Below the pieces are notes generated by a model. The model made no database searches. It was not told the origin of the DNA and saw only the letters and a list, made by a program, of their open reading frames with translations. A stretch of DNA of 64,000 bases, taken from IMG/VR virus record IMGVR_UViG_3300027659_003120, positions 1-64,000 of that record, one strand, 5' to 3'. Positions 9,993 to 21,448 of the stretch are shown here, in pieces. The DNA is from a virus. Each line of letters begins with the position of its first letter. The first letter of the stretch is position 1. Made by a program: the position numbers and the translations under genes.

Positions 9993-12900
9993 GTATAGCT
10001 TCAGTTAAAAATGATATACTAAGTAAAGAGAGTGTAATTAATGCTTTTACTCCATTAGCACCAACTATTTCTAGTTATAATATACTTGTTGATGCCGTAA
10101 TCATAAATGATACAGCTATAGATACAGCGGGTGGGCAAACTATACAAATAAATGGTACAAGTTTTGCACAAGGCGCAATAATTACACTTGATGGTAGTAC
10201 TGTAACTACAGCATATGTTAGTCCGAATAAACTAACATTCACCGCTCCAGTAAAAACTGCGGGTACATATGCAATCTATGTAGTTAATTTAGATGGTGGC
10301 ACCGCAATTTATATTCCTGGTCTAGTATATAGCGGAACACCTGTTTGGACAAGTGCCGCCGGTAGTTTAGGTAGTATATACGAAACAAACAGCATATCAA
10401 CTACTGCCTTTACAACTACGGGTGATGCACCAATTACATACGCACTTTATAGTGGTACATTACCAGTAGGGTCATCATTAAATACAGACACAGGAGTAAT
10501 AACTGGTACGGCTCCAGTTGATAGTGGTAGTACAGTATATTCATTTACTATAAAAGCAACGGATGCACAATTGCAAGACAGTTTGCAAAGTTTTTCTTTA
10601 ACAATTAATACTGATACGGTTACTTGGTCTAGCCCAGCAAATAACTCTACTACTACTTTAAGTCAAAATACAGCTTCAACCACTGCCTTATCCGCATCTA
10701 GTGCTGCTGGTAAATCTATAACATATACTTCAGATACATTACCAACCGGATTAAGTATTTCTGGTGCCTCAGTTACTGGTTCTCCTACCGTATTAGGAAG
10801 CACAACTTCTTTATTTACAGCCACAGCAGCTACTAGTGGAAGAACTGCTACCCGAACTATTAATTGGACAATAACTGTGGCAAATGATGTATACTTTATG
10901 TATGATTCATTATTACTATCTGGTGGAACATCTACTTCAACTTTTATAGCTGATGAAAGTGTAAATAATTTTGCACTAACCATTGCGGGAGATACCAAGC
11001 CTAACAATTTTAATCCTTATACGCCGGGTTATTACAGCAACTACTTTGATGGTACTGGCGATTACTTATCTGTGGCTGCAGGAAACGCAGCATTGGCATT
11101 TGGAACCGGGGATTTTACTGTTGAATTTTGGGTATACCCTGTAGTATTTGGCTCAGTATCAAATTCAGCACCAACTATGGTTGCAATACACGACGGTGCA
11201 AATAACACAGGTTGGCAACTTTATTTGACTGATGGTTCAATAGGTATTAGAACACACTACAGTAATGTAATGTATTTGACTGCAAGCATGGCTTCATATT
11301 TGGGTGTATGGACTCATATTGCATATGTTAGAAGTAGCGGAACTCAAAAGATATATATGAATGGTGTAGAAAAAGTAAGTACAAGTACTGTATGGAATTG
11401 GACAGATACTACATTAAAAATAGCTAGTCAGGCACAAGATTTTAATGGTTATTTTAGTAATGTACGTCTAGTAAAAGGAACTGCATTATATACCTCAGCA
11501 TTTACACCTCCAACTGCACCTTTGACGGCAATATCTGGTACAAGTGTACTAACCTGCCAAAGTAATCGTTTCATAGACAACTCAACAAACGCATTTACTA
11601 TAATAGTGGCAGGTAATACCAAAGTTGATCCAAAAACCCCATTCGTACCCAATACTCAATATGCTGCATACGGCAGCACCTACTTTGATGGTACGGGGGA
11701 TTATTTGTATACACCCCAAAATGCAGCATTTAGTTTTGGTACTGGGGATTTTACTGTTGAAGGTTGGTACTATCTTACTGCTATAGTAACTGACCAAGCG
11801 TTACTTATGTTAGGCACCGGTGCCAATGGTGCTGGTCCTATATACTGCGGATGGTGGTTGAAATACTCTAGTTATGGTGCACTTACTTTTTATCGGTATG
11901 ATGGAACAGAAACAACCTACAGCTTTTCAACAACGCTTGTTGTTAACACTTGGTACCATATTGCTTGTTCACGTAGTGGTACTAGTTTAAGAATGTTTTT
12001 GAATGGAACTCAGTTAGGGGCAACTGCTACATCAAGTATAAGTTTTAATAATGCTAATAGTGACCCATTACAAATTGGTAAATGTATTACAGGTCAAGGA
12101 ACTTTTTATTATAATGGGTATGTCAGTAATGTTCGTATCGTAAAAGGTACAGCAGTCTACACCAGCAACTTTACTCCAAGTACAACACCACTAACAGCCG
12201 TAACCGGAACCAGTTTACTAACCTGTCAAACAAATCAGCCGGTAAACAACAGTGTTTTCTTAGATAACAGCACTAATGCCTTAGCAATTACCAGTGCAGG
12301 TAATGCAACACAGGGCACGTTTAGCCCGTATGGTGCTAACTGGTCAAACTACTTTGATGGCACTGGGGATTATTTAAGTAGCACTCTTACTGCCATTGGA
12401 ACAAACGATTTTACTGTTGAATATTATTCATATTTGATTAGCCATTCGGGTTCAAACGAGGAATCTGGATATTTTCAAATATCTGGTGTTAACGGAGGAA
12501 TAAGTACCTCCTACTTAGTAGGAGTATGTGCGGCTAGAGCATCTCCGGGAAATGGTAGAGTACTAGTAATTTATATAGGCAGCTCTACTATTCTTACAAC
12601 TTATGTTCTTCCACTTAATACATGGTTTCATACAGCTATTGTAAGACAAAGCAATGTTGTAAAAGTCTATATAAACGGCACCTTAGTCTCAACACCTGCA
12701 ACAATTTCAACTAACTTAACTGGCGCATATTATGCTATAGGTGGAATATATAGTAGTAGTTATTTGATGAATGGTTATATTAGTAATTTTAGAGTAATAT
12801 CCAACACGGCTATATATACTGCAACTTTTACAACTTCAACATCACCGCTTACACCAATCAGCGGCACTTCAGTATTGACTTGCCAATCTAATCAAATTAT

Positions 12901-15511
12901 AGACAATAGTATAAACAACTCTACTATTACAAAAAACGGTGATGTTTCAGTTCAACGGTTCTCACCATTTGGCCCACAAACACAAACAGCAAATACGCAT
13001 AGTGCTTACTTTAGCACAAAAACTGATTTTATAAGCGTACCCGCAACCGCTGCACTCACAACATTTACTGGTGATTTTACATTTGAATGTTGGGTAAATC
13101 CAACAGATACAAGTATTAGTACAACTTGGGGAATTTGGGATAGTAGAAACTCAGGACAAACTGCATCTGCAATGATTTTTTTCTTGACAGGATTAGCTAG
13201 TCCTGTAACTGGTCAGTGGCGATTAAGCTATTATAATAGTGGATCTCAGTATTATGGAACTGGTGTTGTATACGCTAATCAGTGGACTCATGTGGCCTTT
13301 GTTCGCAGTGGCTCAACTCTTACATATTATGTTAATGGTGTAGCCGGTGGCACAACTAGTGTTGGAGCAGGAACAATTTCAGGTAGTGCAACTTCTAATC
13401 CTGTGTATATTGGAACTAAAGACGGTAGTTTAGCCGGTTACGGTAATGTTGGCTATATCAGCAATTTTCGTGTAGTAAAAGGTGTAGCAGTATATACAGG
13501 TAATTTTACAGTACCTACATCACCCCTAGCTGCTACACAGGCTGCGGGTACAAATATAACAGCCATTACAGGTACACAGACCAGCTTGTTAACCCTGCAA
13601 AGCTCAACCTTTGTGGACAACAGCAGCAATAATTTTGTTATAACGGCAGGCGGCACAACTAAACCAAGAACACTGAATCCGTTTGGTTTCACTAATACCC
13701 TAGCAGCATATAGCGCCGCAACATATGGTGCGTCAGCCTACTTTGATGGCTCTGGGGATTATTTGAGTGTGCCTAGCAGTTCTTCATCTTCTTTTGGCAC
13801 AGGTAATTTTACTGTTGAATGTTGGGTTTACATGACTGCAAATAGCAGTTATAGAATGTTATTAGGAAATGGTACTTCTTATCTATGTATTGTTGATGGC
13901 GCATTAAATGCCTATTATTCTGGTGTAAGTATTTCTAGTTCTGCTACTGTTGCTTTAAACACATGGACACATGTTGCGTTTGTACGTTCTGCAGGAACGA
14001 TGTATTTTTATATTAATGGTGCTTTATCCAATTCAACTGCTTTTGCAGGTACTTGGGGTACTACCGGAGTTAGTACCATTGGGTATTCACTAGCTTATAG
14101 TGGGCTTTATTACTATACAGGGTATATTTCTAATTTCCGCATAGTTAATGGTACAGCAGTTTACACCTCAAACTTTGTGCCACCAGCCGCACCTCTAACA
14201 GCCATCACCAATACCAGCTTGCTGCTTAACATGAACAGTGCTGGCATATATGACTCAGCCAGTATGAATGACTTGGAAACTGTAGCCGATGCAAAGATAC
14301 TAGCAACACAAACTCCCTATGCCGGCAGTTACTACAGCAACTACTTTGATGGCACTGGGGATTATTTATTAACTCCATCATCTAGTCAATTTAACTTAAC
14401 TGGTGATTTTACAATTGAATGCTGGATATATAAAAATAATCCGTTGGTTGACGGGAATGGTATATTTGGTATAGGCACAACAGATCCAGACAGTAGTTTG
14501 GTTAGAATATCCGCAGGGGTACTACAATTTTGGTTAGGTGGATCAAATGGAGCCGGACCCGGTACCGGTACAAAAACAGGAATAATATCTTGTGCTACAG
14601 CAATTTCAAGTTATACATGGTATCATGTTGCATTGGTTCGCAGTGGCTCATCAGCAAATAATGTTAAGTTATATCTTAATGGTGTATTAGATGGGCAGGG
14701 TACCGGAACATATCAAGTACCAACTGGTTATTTTGTTATTGGTCGGGATTATCCTACATATTCTATTGAATATTTTCCCGGATACATTTCAAATTTACGT
14801 GTTGTCCACGGAACCGCAGTCTACACCTCAACATTCACCCCAAGCACAACACCGCTAACTGCAATTGCAAACACCCGTCTACTAACCTGCCAGTCAAACC
14901 GTTTTGTAGACAACTCAACTAATGCTTTTGCCATAACAAAATATGATAATACCAGTGTTCAATCGTTTAATCCATTCCAGCGCAATAGTGCTACAACCAT
15001 GTATTTTGATGGTACTGGAGATTATTTAACTGCACCGTACAATCCAGCATTTAATTTTGGTACTGGTAATTTTACTATTGAATTTTGGGTCAATACTGCT
15101 TCAACAGCCGCATACGCAACCGCATTACGATTGGGAGATACTTGGACAACAGGTAGTTGGGCACTTTACTTAAATGATTCTGGTGGTAGTGGAATTCCAA
15201 GTTGGTGGTCATACACACTAAACACCGCACTAAGCACTTCGGGTGCAACAATTAATGACGGTGCTTGGCATCATATTGCATTAGTTAGAAATAGTACTAC
15301 TATGACAATGTATATAGATGGAACTAGTAGAGGAACATTGGCAGTTAGTACTAGTTCTGTTGGAGATACTACTACTAAGTTATGGATTGCCAGGGATTCT
15401 AGTAATGTTCGTGAATTAGCTGGTTACATCAACGACCTCAGAATCACCAAGGGTATTGCACGATATACAACAACCTTTACGCCATCAACTACGGCATTTT
15501 TAACATACTAA
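9989..15511 (+). CDS. Large adhesin: IPT/Ig-like domains followed by seven LamG/ConA-like lectin domains
   Basis: Seven YFDGTGDYL-type...FTVExW...WxHxAxVR...GYISNxR modules; GTLPVGSSLNTDTGVITGT Ig-like motif. Confidence 0.85.
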   Translation: MSIASVKNDILSKESVINAFTPLAPTISSYNILVDAVIINDTAIDTAGGQTIQINGTSFAQGAIITLDGSTVTTAYVSPNKLTFTAPVKTAGTYAIYVVNLDGGTAIYIPGLVYSGTPVWTSAAGSLGSIYETNSISTTAFTTTGDAPITYALYSGTLPVGSSLNTDTGVITGTAPVDSGSTVYSFTIKATDAQLQDSLQSFSLTINTDTVTWSSPANNSTTTLSQNTASTTALSASSAAGKSITYTSDTLPTGLSISGASVTGSPTVLGSTTSLFTATAATSGRTATRTINWTITVANDVYFMYDSLLLSGGTSTSTFIADESVNNFALTIAGDTKPNNFNPYTPGYYSNYFDGTGDYLSVAAGNAALAFGTGDFTVEFWVYPVVFGSVSNSAPTMVAIHDGANNTGWQLYLTDGSIGIRTHYSNVMYLTASMASYLGVWTHIAYVRSSGTQKIYMNGVEKVSTSTVWNWTDTTLKIASQAQDFNGYFSNVRLVKGTALYTSAFTPPTAPLTAISGTSVLTCQSNRFIDNSTNAFTIIVAGNTKVDPKTPFVPNTQYAAYGSTYFDGTGDYLYTPQNAAFSFGTGDFTVEGWYYLTAIVTDQALLMLGTGANGAGPIYCGWWLKYSSYGALTFYRYDGTETTYSFSTTLVVNTWYHIACSRSGTSLRMFLNGTQLGATATSSISFNNANSDPLQIGKCITGQGTFYYNGYVSNVRIVKGTAVYTSNFTPSTTPLTAVTGTSLLTCQTNQPVNNSVFLDNSTNALAITSAGNATQGTFSPYGANWSNYFDGTGDYLSSTLTAIGTNDFTVEYYSYLISHSGSNEESGYFQISGVNGGISTSYLVGVCAARASPGNGRVLVIYIGSSTILTTYVLPLNTWFHTAIVRQSNVVKVYINGTLVSTPATISTNLTGAYYAIGGIYSSSYLMNGYISNFRVISNTAIYTATFTTSTSPLTPISGTSVLTCQSNQIIDNSINNSTITKNGDVSVQRFSPFGPQTQTANTHSAYFSTKTDFISVPATAALTTFTGDFTFECWVNPTDTSISTTWGIWDSRNSGQTASAMIFFLTGLASPVTGQWRLSYYNSGSQYYGTGVVYANQWTHVAFVRSGSTLTYYVNGVAGGTTSVGAGTISGSATSNPVYIGTKDGSLAGYGNVGYISNFRVVKGVAVYTGNFTVPTSPLAATQAAGTNITAITGTQTSLLTLQSSTFVDNSSNNFVITAGGTTKPRTLNPFGFTNTLAAYSAATYGASAYFDGSGDYLSVPSSSSSSFGTGNFTVECWVYMTANSSYRMLLGNGTSYLCIVDGALNAYYSGVSISSSATVALNTWTHVAFVRSAGTMYFYINGALSNSTAFAGTWGTTGVSTIGYSLAYSGLYYYTGYISNFRIVNGTAVYTSNFVPPAAPLTAITNTSLLLNMNSAGIYDSASMNDLETVADAKILATQTPYAGSYYSNYFDGTGDYLLTPSSSQFNLTGDFTIECWIYKNNPLVDGNGIFGIGTTDPDSSLVRISAGVLQFWLGGSNGAGPGTGTKTGIISCATAISSYTWYHVALVRSGSSANNVKLYLNGVLDGQGTGTYQVPTGYFVIGRDYPTYSIEYFPGYISNLRVVHGTAVYTSTFTPSTTPLTAIANTRLLTCQSNRFVDNSTNAFAITKYDNTSVQSFNPFQRNSATTMYFDGTGDYLTAPYNPAFNFGTGNFTIEFWVNTASTAAYATALRLGDTWTTGSWALYLNDSGGSGIPSWWSYTLNTALSTSGATINDGAWHHIALVRNSTTMTMYIDGTSRGTLAVSTSSVGDTTTKLWIARDSSNVRELAGYINDLRITKGIARYTTTFTPSTTAFLTY

Positions 15512-15545
15512 TAAGAACTAAATACTACACTAAGGACAAGATACA

Positions 15546-17411
15546 ATGGCATTGACAGTAATTAAACCATCAGGAATAGATACAGCCGGTAACTATACAG
15601 TTAACGACATAACTGTTTCTGCCAATGCGTCTATTGCTAATCTTACTGTCACTACTTCAAGTAACTTAGGCGCAGTAGCAAATGTACATATCTATGGAGG
15701 TTCTAACGGAAATGTACTAAGCACAGATGGCTCAGGAATATTGAGTTGGTCCGCAGGTGGTGGCGGTGCTCAAGGTGCTACTGGTGCTCAAGGAGTTCAA
15801 GGTGCTACTGGTGCTCAAGGTGCTACTGGTGCTCAAGGTGCTACTGGTGCTCAAGGAGTTCAAGGTGCTACAGGCGCTCAAGGTGCTACTGGTGCTCAAG
15901 GTGCTACTGGTGCTCAAGGTGCAACTGGTGTTCAAGGATTTCAAGGTGTTGCTGGTGCTCAAGGTGTTTTAGGCGCTCAAGGAGTTCAAGGTGCAACTGG
16001 TGTTCAAGGTGCTACAGGTGTTCAAGGATTTCAAGGTGTTGCTGGTGCTCAAGGTGTTTTAGGTGCTCAAGGCGTTCAAGGAACTGCTGGTGCTCAAGGT
16101 GTTTTAGGTGCTCAAGGAGTTCAAGGTGCTACTGGTGCTCAAGGCGTTCAAGGAACTGCTGGTGCACAAGGTGCTACAGGTGCTCAAGGAGTTCAAGGTG
16201 CAACTGGTGTTCAAGGATTTCAAGGAACTGCTGGTGCACAAGGTGCTACAGGCGCACAAGGTGATATTGGCGCTCAAGGTGCTACAGGTGTTCAAGGAGT
16301 TCAAGGTGTCTTAGGTGCTCAAGGAGTTCAAGGCGCTCAAGGGTTTCAAGGTGATGTTGGCGCTCAAGGTACTGTAGGTGCTCAAGGTGCTACAGGTGTT
16401 CAAGGATTTCAAGGTGTAGCTGGCGCTCAAGGTACTGTTGGTGCTCAAGGCGCTACAGGCGCACAAGGTGATGTTGGCGCTCAAGGCGCTACAGGCGCAC
16501 AAGGTGCTGTTGGTGCTCAAGGCGCTACAGGCGCACAAGGTGATATTGGCGCTCAAGGTGCTACTGGTGCTCAAGGAGTTCAAGGTGTTGCTGGCGCTCA
16601 AGGTACTGTAGGTGCTCAAGGCGCTACAGGCGCACAAGGTGATATTGGCGCTCAAGGTGCTGTTGGTGCTCAAGGAGTTCAAGGTGCTACAGGCGCACAA
16701 GGTACTGTAGGTGCTCAAGGTGCTACAGGTGTTCAAGGCGCTACAGGCGCACAAGGTGATATTGGCGCTCAAGGAGTTCAAGGCGCTCAAGGGTTTCAAG
16801 GTGATGTTGGCGCTCAAGGTACTGTAGGTGCTCAAGGTGCTACAGGTGTTCAAGGAGTTCAAGGTGTTGCTGGCGCTCAAGGTACTGTAGGTGCTCAAGG
16901 CGCTACAGGCGCACAAGGTGATATTGGCGCTCAAGGTGCTGTTGGTGCTCAAGGAACTGCTGGTACAGGTGCTCAAGGAGTTCAAGGTGCTACTGGTGCT
17001 CAAGGAGTTCAAGGTGCTACTGGTGCTCAAGGAGTTCAAGGTGCTACTGGTGCTCAAGGAGTTCAAGGTGCCACTGGGTCTACATCAAGAGTAGTTTCTA
17101 TTGCAGACGGTACATCAATTACCATTAATGGTGATACGACTGATATTGCTACACAAACAAATACTCAATCAGCAGGCACACTAACAATAAATGCTATTAC
17201 CGGAACACTAGTAAACGGTCAAAAAATAATATTAAGACTACAATCTACAAATGTTCAAACTTTCTCCTGGAATGCAATATTTTCAGGTTCAACCGATTTA
17301 TCTTTACCCACAGCGTCATCGGGTAGTAGTAAATATGATTTTGTTGGGTTCATATATAATACCACAGCTACAAAATGGCAATTATTAGCTAAAACTTTTG
17401 GATTTACATAA
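15546..17411 (+). CDS. Collagen-like fibre protein
   Basis: About 145 GXY triplets at 15765-17075 with one G-T interruption; compact C-terminal beta domain. Confidence 0.85.
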   Translation: MALTVIKPSGIDTAGNYTVNDITVSANASIANLTVTTSSNLGAVANVHIYGGSNGNVLSTDGSGILSWSAGGGGAQGATGAQGVQGATGAQGATGAQGATGAQGVQGATGAQGATGAQGATGAQGATGVQGFQGVAGAQGVLGAQGVQGATGVQGATGVQGFQGVAGAQGVLGAQGVQGTAGAQGVLGAQGVQGATGAQGVQGTAGAQGATGAQGVQGATGVQGFQGTAGAQGATGAQGDIGAQGATGVQGVQGVLGAQGVQGAQGFQGDVGAQGTVGAQGATGVQGFQGVAGAQGTVGAQGATGAQGDVGAQGATGAQGAVGAQGATGAQGDIGAQGATGAQGVQGVAGAQGTVGAQGATGAQGDIGAQGAVGAQGVQGATGAQGTVGAQGATGVQGATGAQGDIGAQGVQGAQGFQGDVGAQGTVGAQGATGVQGVQGVAGAQGTVGAQGATGAQGDIGAQGAVGAQGTAGTGAQGVQGATGAQGVQGATGAQGVQGATGAQGVQGATGSTSRVVSIADGTSITINGDTTDIATQTNTQSAGTLTINAITGTLVNGQKIILRLQSTNVQTFSWNAIFSGSTDLSLPTASSGSSKYDFVGFIYNTTATKWQLLAKTFGFT

Positions 17412-17421
17412 AAGAGGAAAT

Positions 17422-17643
17422 ATGGAAGATATTATTAATACAATTGACAATAAAGTTCAAATAATTTTTGAAAGAACTTCAACAACTAACATGACGTTCA
17501 GAGATGCATTGTGGTTTACACAAGAAGAATATAATGCACTTACACCAGAAAATATTTTAACTCTACAACAAGAAAGATTTGATAACTGGGAGGCTCTTGT
17601 CAATTCTCCGCCAACAGAATCAAGTGATGTTATAGACGTTTAA
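17422..17643 (+). CDS. Hypothetical protein
   Basis: ATG at 17422 preceded by SD agagga; preferred over the TTG at 17398. Confidence 0.6.
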   Translation: MEDIINTIDNKVQIIFERTSTTNMTFRDALWFTQEEYNALTPENILTLQQERFDNWEALVNSPPTESSDVIDV

Positions 17644-17645
17644 GT

Positions 17646-20600
17646 ATGGCAACTAAATATTGGCGGGTAGGGGGGACAAACACCTGGAGTAGTACTGCCA
17701 ATTGGTCAGACGTAAGTCCAACTGGTGCGACCGGCGCCGCTATTCCTGTTATTGGTGATGATGTTGTTATTAGTAATGTTGGGCAAACAGCTGGAACAAT
17801 AAACATTACAGCAACTGCAACCGCAAAGTTGAATTCGTGGACTGTTATAGGCGGCACCTGGACTGTTGCTGGATCTCAGCAAGTTAATATTGCAGGTACT
17901 TTTGATTGTCAAAATGTTACTTGGACTAATACCGGTACTCTTTCTCTGCAAGGAACAGGTGGGTCATATGATATCACCGCCAGTGGTACAACTTTTAATT
18001 GTGCTGTTCAATTTAATGGATTCATTGTTGCCGGCTCTAGTTTTAATTTACTATCGGCATTCACTACTGGTGCAACTCAAACCACAACATTGACTGCGGG
18101 TACTTTAATATTAAATAATTTTACATTAACAACCGGAATATTCAACACCAACGCAACCAACACCAGACAAATTCAATTTGGTACTGGTAATATAGCGTTA
18201 ATACATACTACCGCAGCAACAACGGTGTTGGTGCTAAGTAATTATACAAATTTTTCTTGTTCTGGAACTGGCGGATTTACTTCGGCTATGTCTGTTACTA
18301 GAACATTTAATGTTGGTAGCACAGGCGCAACCAATTCAATTACAGCTAATCTTGCATTAACGTCTGGTTCAAGTGTACCAAGCTTTACCGCAGGTGGGTG
18401 GTTTAATCATTTAAATTTTACGGGCAGTAGTGTTACTGTGGCAACGCTTACTGTTAACATAAATTCACTTACATTAGCAAGTGGTAGTACATATACTGCA
18501 TTAACAGTAAATGCTGTAGGCACAGGTACTATAACTTCGGCTGGAAAATCATTAACAGCATTCACTGTCAATCATACGGGTACAACTACTCTTAGTGCTG
18601 CACTTAGTACGGGCGTGACTGCTACTACCACGCTAACTCAAGGCACGCTAGATTTGGGTGGATTTACGTTAACTACTGGGGCATTCAGTTCAAGCAATAG
18701 TAATACTCGTGCAATTGCTTTTGGTACTGGCAATATTGCATTGTCACATACTACCGCAGCAACCACTGTGTTGAATATGGCCACGGCTACAGGATTTACT
18801 TGGACAGGTACAGGTGGATTTACTGTGGCTGCTATGAGTAATACAAGAACATTTAGTTTTGGCAGTACTGCCGGCGGCACAACCACTAATGCACCTAACT
18901 TAACATTTACCAGTGGTGCTAGTATTGCAACAATAACCACCGCCGGTTGGTTTAATAAACTGGATTATGGAACTACCTCTTTCACTCAAGGGACAACAGC
19001 ACTAAACTTAAATGGATTAACATTATCAAGTAGTGGAACATATACTTCATTGAGTCCAACTATGAGAGGTACTGGTACTATAACTTCAAATGGAAAAACA
19101 ATAGCAGCATTCACTGTTAATCATGCAGGAACAACTACATTAGCGTCTGCATTAAGTTGTACTACTTATACTCAAACAGCAGGCACTATAAACCGTGCAG
19201 GTTTTAACTTATCATGTTCTAGCACAGCAACATATACAGCAGGTACAATAGCCGGTAATGGTACTATAAATTGCACCACATTTACCGTTTCTGGAACACT
19301 CACGCAAACTGTTGGTGGTATTTCAGCTAGTACAAGTTTTGTAATAACATCAGGTAGTTTCACATACGATGGAGGTACATTATTTGCAGTACCTACATTT
19401 ACTCATACTGCAGGTACTGTAACATTTAATATATCGTATGCATTAACTACAACCGGTACTTATACACACACAGCCGGCACAATAAACTTAGCAGATGGAG
19501 TAACATTATCTACTGGTATATTCAGTTCAAACAATACTAATACTCGTAGTATTGCATTTGGTACTGGCAATATCAATCTTACACATACTTCCGCAGCAAC
19601 CACGGTGTTGAGCATGGCCACTGCAACTGGATTTACATACACCGGTACAGGTGGATTTACTGTAGCTGCTATGTCCGCTACAAAAACATTTGTTTTTGGT
19701 ACCACTGGTGGCACTACATCTATTGCACCAAACTTAACATTTACAACTGGCGCCAGCGTTGCAACACTAACCACCGGCAGTTGGTTTAATACATTAGATT
19801 TTGGAACAACCTCATTCATTTTAGGAACAACATCACTAAACTTAAATGGATTAACATTATCAACTAGTGGCACCAGTACCTCATATAACTTGTTAACAGT
19901 AACTATGAGAGGCACTGGTACTATGAATAAAGGTGCTGGGGTGGGCAGGGCAATAGCAGCAATGACTATTAATCATACCGGTACTACTACGCTAGTCACC
20001 GGTCTCCAGATAAATGGTGCTCTTACTCTGACAGAGGGAACTTTGGATGGCGGTCTTGGCTATGGTATACAGTGTAATACATTTGCAAGTACCGGTACCG
20101 CAACTAGATCAATTACAGGACCCGACGGCAGCGTGATTAATGTAATGGGTTCTGGTGCTACCGCTTTTTCTAATGATTCGGCTGCTGGTATAACAATTGT
20201 TGGGTATACTATCAATATGAACAGTGATTCAGCAAAAACATTTGCGGGCGGCGGAGGATCTTATGCAGCACTGACTCAAAGCTATACAGACTTTTACGCA
20301 GTGGGCCCAGGTGTATTGACAATATCAGGTAACAATTCATTTACTAATTTAAAATATAATCAAGACCTGGGGTCGATCAGGACGTGTACAATTACATTTA
20401 CTATCTCAACAACACAAACAGTTACTGACTTTACTCTTTCCGGTGCAGCAGGCAACGTAATTACAATTAACAGTAGTACCCCAGGTACACAAGCTACTTT
20501 GAGTAAGTCGAGTGGAACTGTGAGTGTGGATTATCTATCAATAAAGGATTCTAATGCCACCGGTGGAGCAACTTGGTATGCCGGAGCAAACAGTGTGGAT

Positions 20601-20681
20601 GCGGGTAATAACACCGGATGGATATTTACGGCGCCGCCGTCACCATCTACAGCTGGAGGCAAGTTCTTTTTATTTTTTTAG
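17646..20681 (+). CDS. Thr/Gly-rich beta-helix adhesin/tail-associated protein
   Basis: YWRVGGTNTWSSTANWS N-terminus; three long internal repeats (NTRxIxFGTGNIxLxHT); C-terminal YAGANSVDAGNNTGW. Confidence 0.75.
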   Translation: MATKYWRVGGTNTWSSTANWSDVSPTGATGAAIPVIGDDVVISNVGQTAGTINITATATAKLNSWTVIGGTWTVAGSQQVNIAGTFDCQNVTWTNTGTLSLQGTGGSYDITASGTTFNCAVQFNGFIVAGSSFNLLSAFTTGATQTTTLTAGTLILNNFTLTTGIFNTNATNTRQIQFGTGNIALIHTTAATTVLVLSNYTNFSCSGTGGFTSAMSVTRTFNVGSTGATNSITANLALTSGSSVPSFTAGGWFNHLNFTGSSVTVATLTVNINSLTLASGSTYTALTVNAVGTGTITSAGKSLTAFTVNHTGTTTLSAALSTGVTATTTLTQGTLDLGGFTLTTGAFSSSNSNTRAIAFGTGNIALSHTTAATTVLNMATATGFTWTGTGGFTVAAMSNTRTFSFGSTAGGTTTNAPNLTFTSGASIATITTAGWFNKLDYGTTSFTQGTTALNLNGLTLSSSGTYTSLSPTMRGTGTITSNGKTIAAFTVNHAGTTTLASALSCTTYTQTAGTINRAGFNLSCSSTATYTAGTIAGNGTINCTTFTVSGTLTQTVGGISASTSFVITSGSFTYDGGTLFAVPTFTHTAGTVTFNISYALTTTGTYTHTAGTINLADGVTLSTGIFSSNNTNTRSIAFGTGNINLTHTSAATTVLSMATATGFTYTGTGGFTVAAMSATKTFVFGTTGGTTSIAPNLTFTTGASVATLTTGSWFNTLDFGTTSFILGTTSLNLNGLTLSTSGTSTSYNLLTVTMRGTGTMNKGAGVGRAIAAMTINHTGTTTLVTGLQINGALTLTEGTLDGGLGYGIQCNTFASTGTATRSITGPDGSVINVMGSGATAFSNDSAAGITIVGYTINMNSDSAKTFAGGGGSYAALTQSYTDFYAVGPGVLTISGNNSFTNLKYNQDLGSIRTCTITFTISTTQTVTDFTLSGAAGNVITINSSTPGTQATLSKSSGTVSVDYLSIKDSNATGGATWYAGANSVDAGNNTGWIFTAPPSPSTAGGKFFLFF

Positions 20682-20703
20682 ATAGATTAAAAGGTACTTT
20701 CAA

Positions 20704-20723
20704 AAAGCATCTATGGGTGCTTT
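20704..20723 (+). terminator. Possible terminator hairpin ending the fibre operon
   Basis: aaagcatc-tatg-ggtgcttt stem; weak U-tract. Confidence 0.4.
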
Positions 20724-20750
20724 AATAGTGGTATAATTACAAGCTAAGTC

Positions 20751-20779
20751 TTGACATTTTTATATCTATGTGTTATAAT
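20751..20779 (+). promoter_or_regulatory. Consensus sigma70 promoter for the modification cluster
   Basis: TTGACA-17-TATAAT with extended -10 TG. Confidence 0.85.
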
Positions 20780-20803
20780 GTAGTATAATTTATAGGAAAT
20801 ATT

Positions 20804-21448
20804 ATGAAAAAAATCTTAATTGCAACACCATGTCTTGACCAAAAAGTTGATGCTTATTTTGTCCATAGTCTTTGTGAATCTATCAAACTTGGTATTAAAA
20901 ATGACCTTGATATTAGGTGTGTCTTTCTTGCCAATGAGAGCATTCTTCCAATGGCAAGAAATGAACTCTTTGCACTAGCATATAAAGAAAACTATGACAT
21001 AATGGTTTTCATTGATGATGATGAAAGTTGGAAAGAACACGCACTAATTGAAATCATTCAATCAAATAAAGATGTTGTAGCTTTGCCTGTCGTAAATAAA
21101 AGCGACACGGTTATCGGATTTAATGTTTGGTTAAACAAAGATTCAGAAAAAGATCCATCTGATGGTTATATAAAAATCAATAAATGCGGTACAGGATTTC
21201 TAAAACTATCAAGAAAAGTAATTGAGGACCTCTGGAACTCAAACACAGAGTTGATGTTTAGAAACAAAAAACTGAAAAATATTTGTGAGTATACATATGT
21301 GAATGGTGATTTTATTGGCGAAGATATCACACTCACTAAAAAAATCAAAGAACTTGGATATGACATTTGGTTAAATCCAAATTATACAGTTTCCCATATT
21401 GGCAATAAAATGTACAAGGGAGACTTTAAGGCTAAAAATAATTTATGA
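20804..21448 (+). CDS. GT-A fold glycosyltransferase-like protein
   Basis: ILIATP, ES.LP.ARN, FIDDD (DxD), GTGF, GED motifs. Confidence 0.75.
   Translation: MKKILIATPCLDQKVDAYFVHSLCESIKLGIKNDLDIRCVFLANESILPMARNELFALAYKENYDIMVFIDDDESWKEHALIEIIQSNKDVVALPVVNKSDTVIGFNVWLNKDSEKDPSDGYIKINKCGTGFLKLSRKVIEDLWNSNTELMFRNKKLKNICEYTYVNGDFIGEDITLTKKIKELGYDIWLNPNYTVSHIGNKMYKGDFKAKNNL

Noticed and set aside
1-17075. CRISPR array in the tandem repeats
   Set aside because: Repeats are in-frame coding units without unique spacers; no cas genes
1548-17094. Alternative-frame and antisense ORFs (RCS-rich, LKV-rich, LST-rich) over the collagen repeats
   Set aside because: Shadow ORFs caused by 9-nt periodic repeats lacking stops; no RBS
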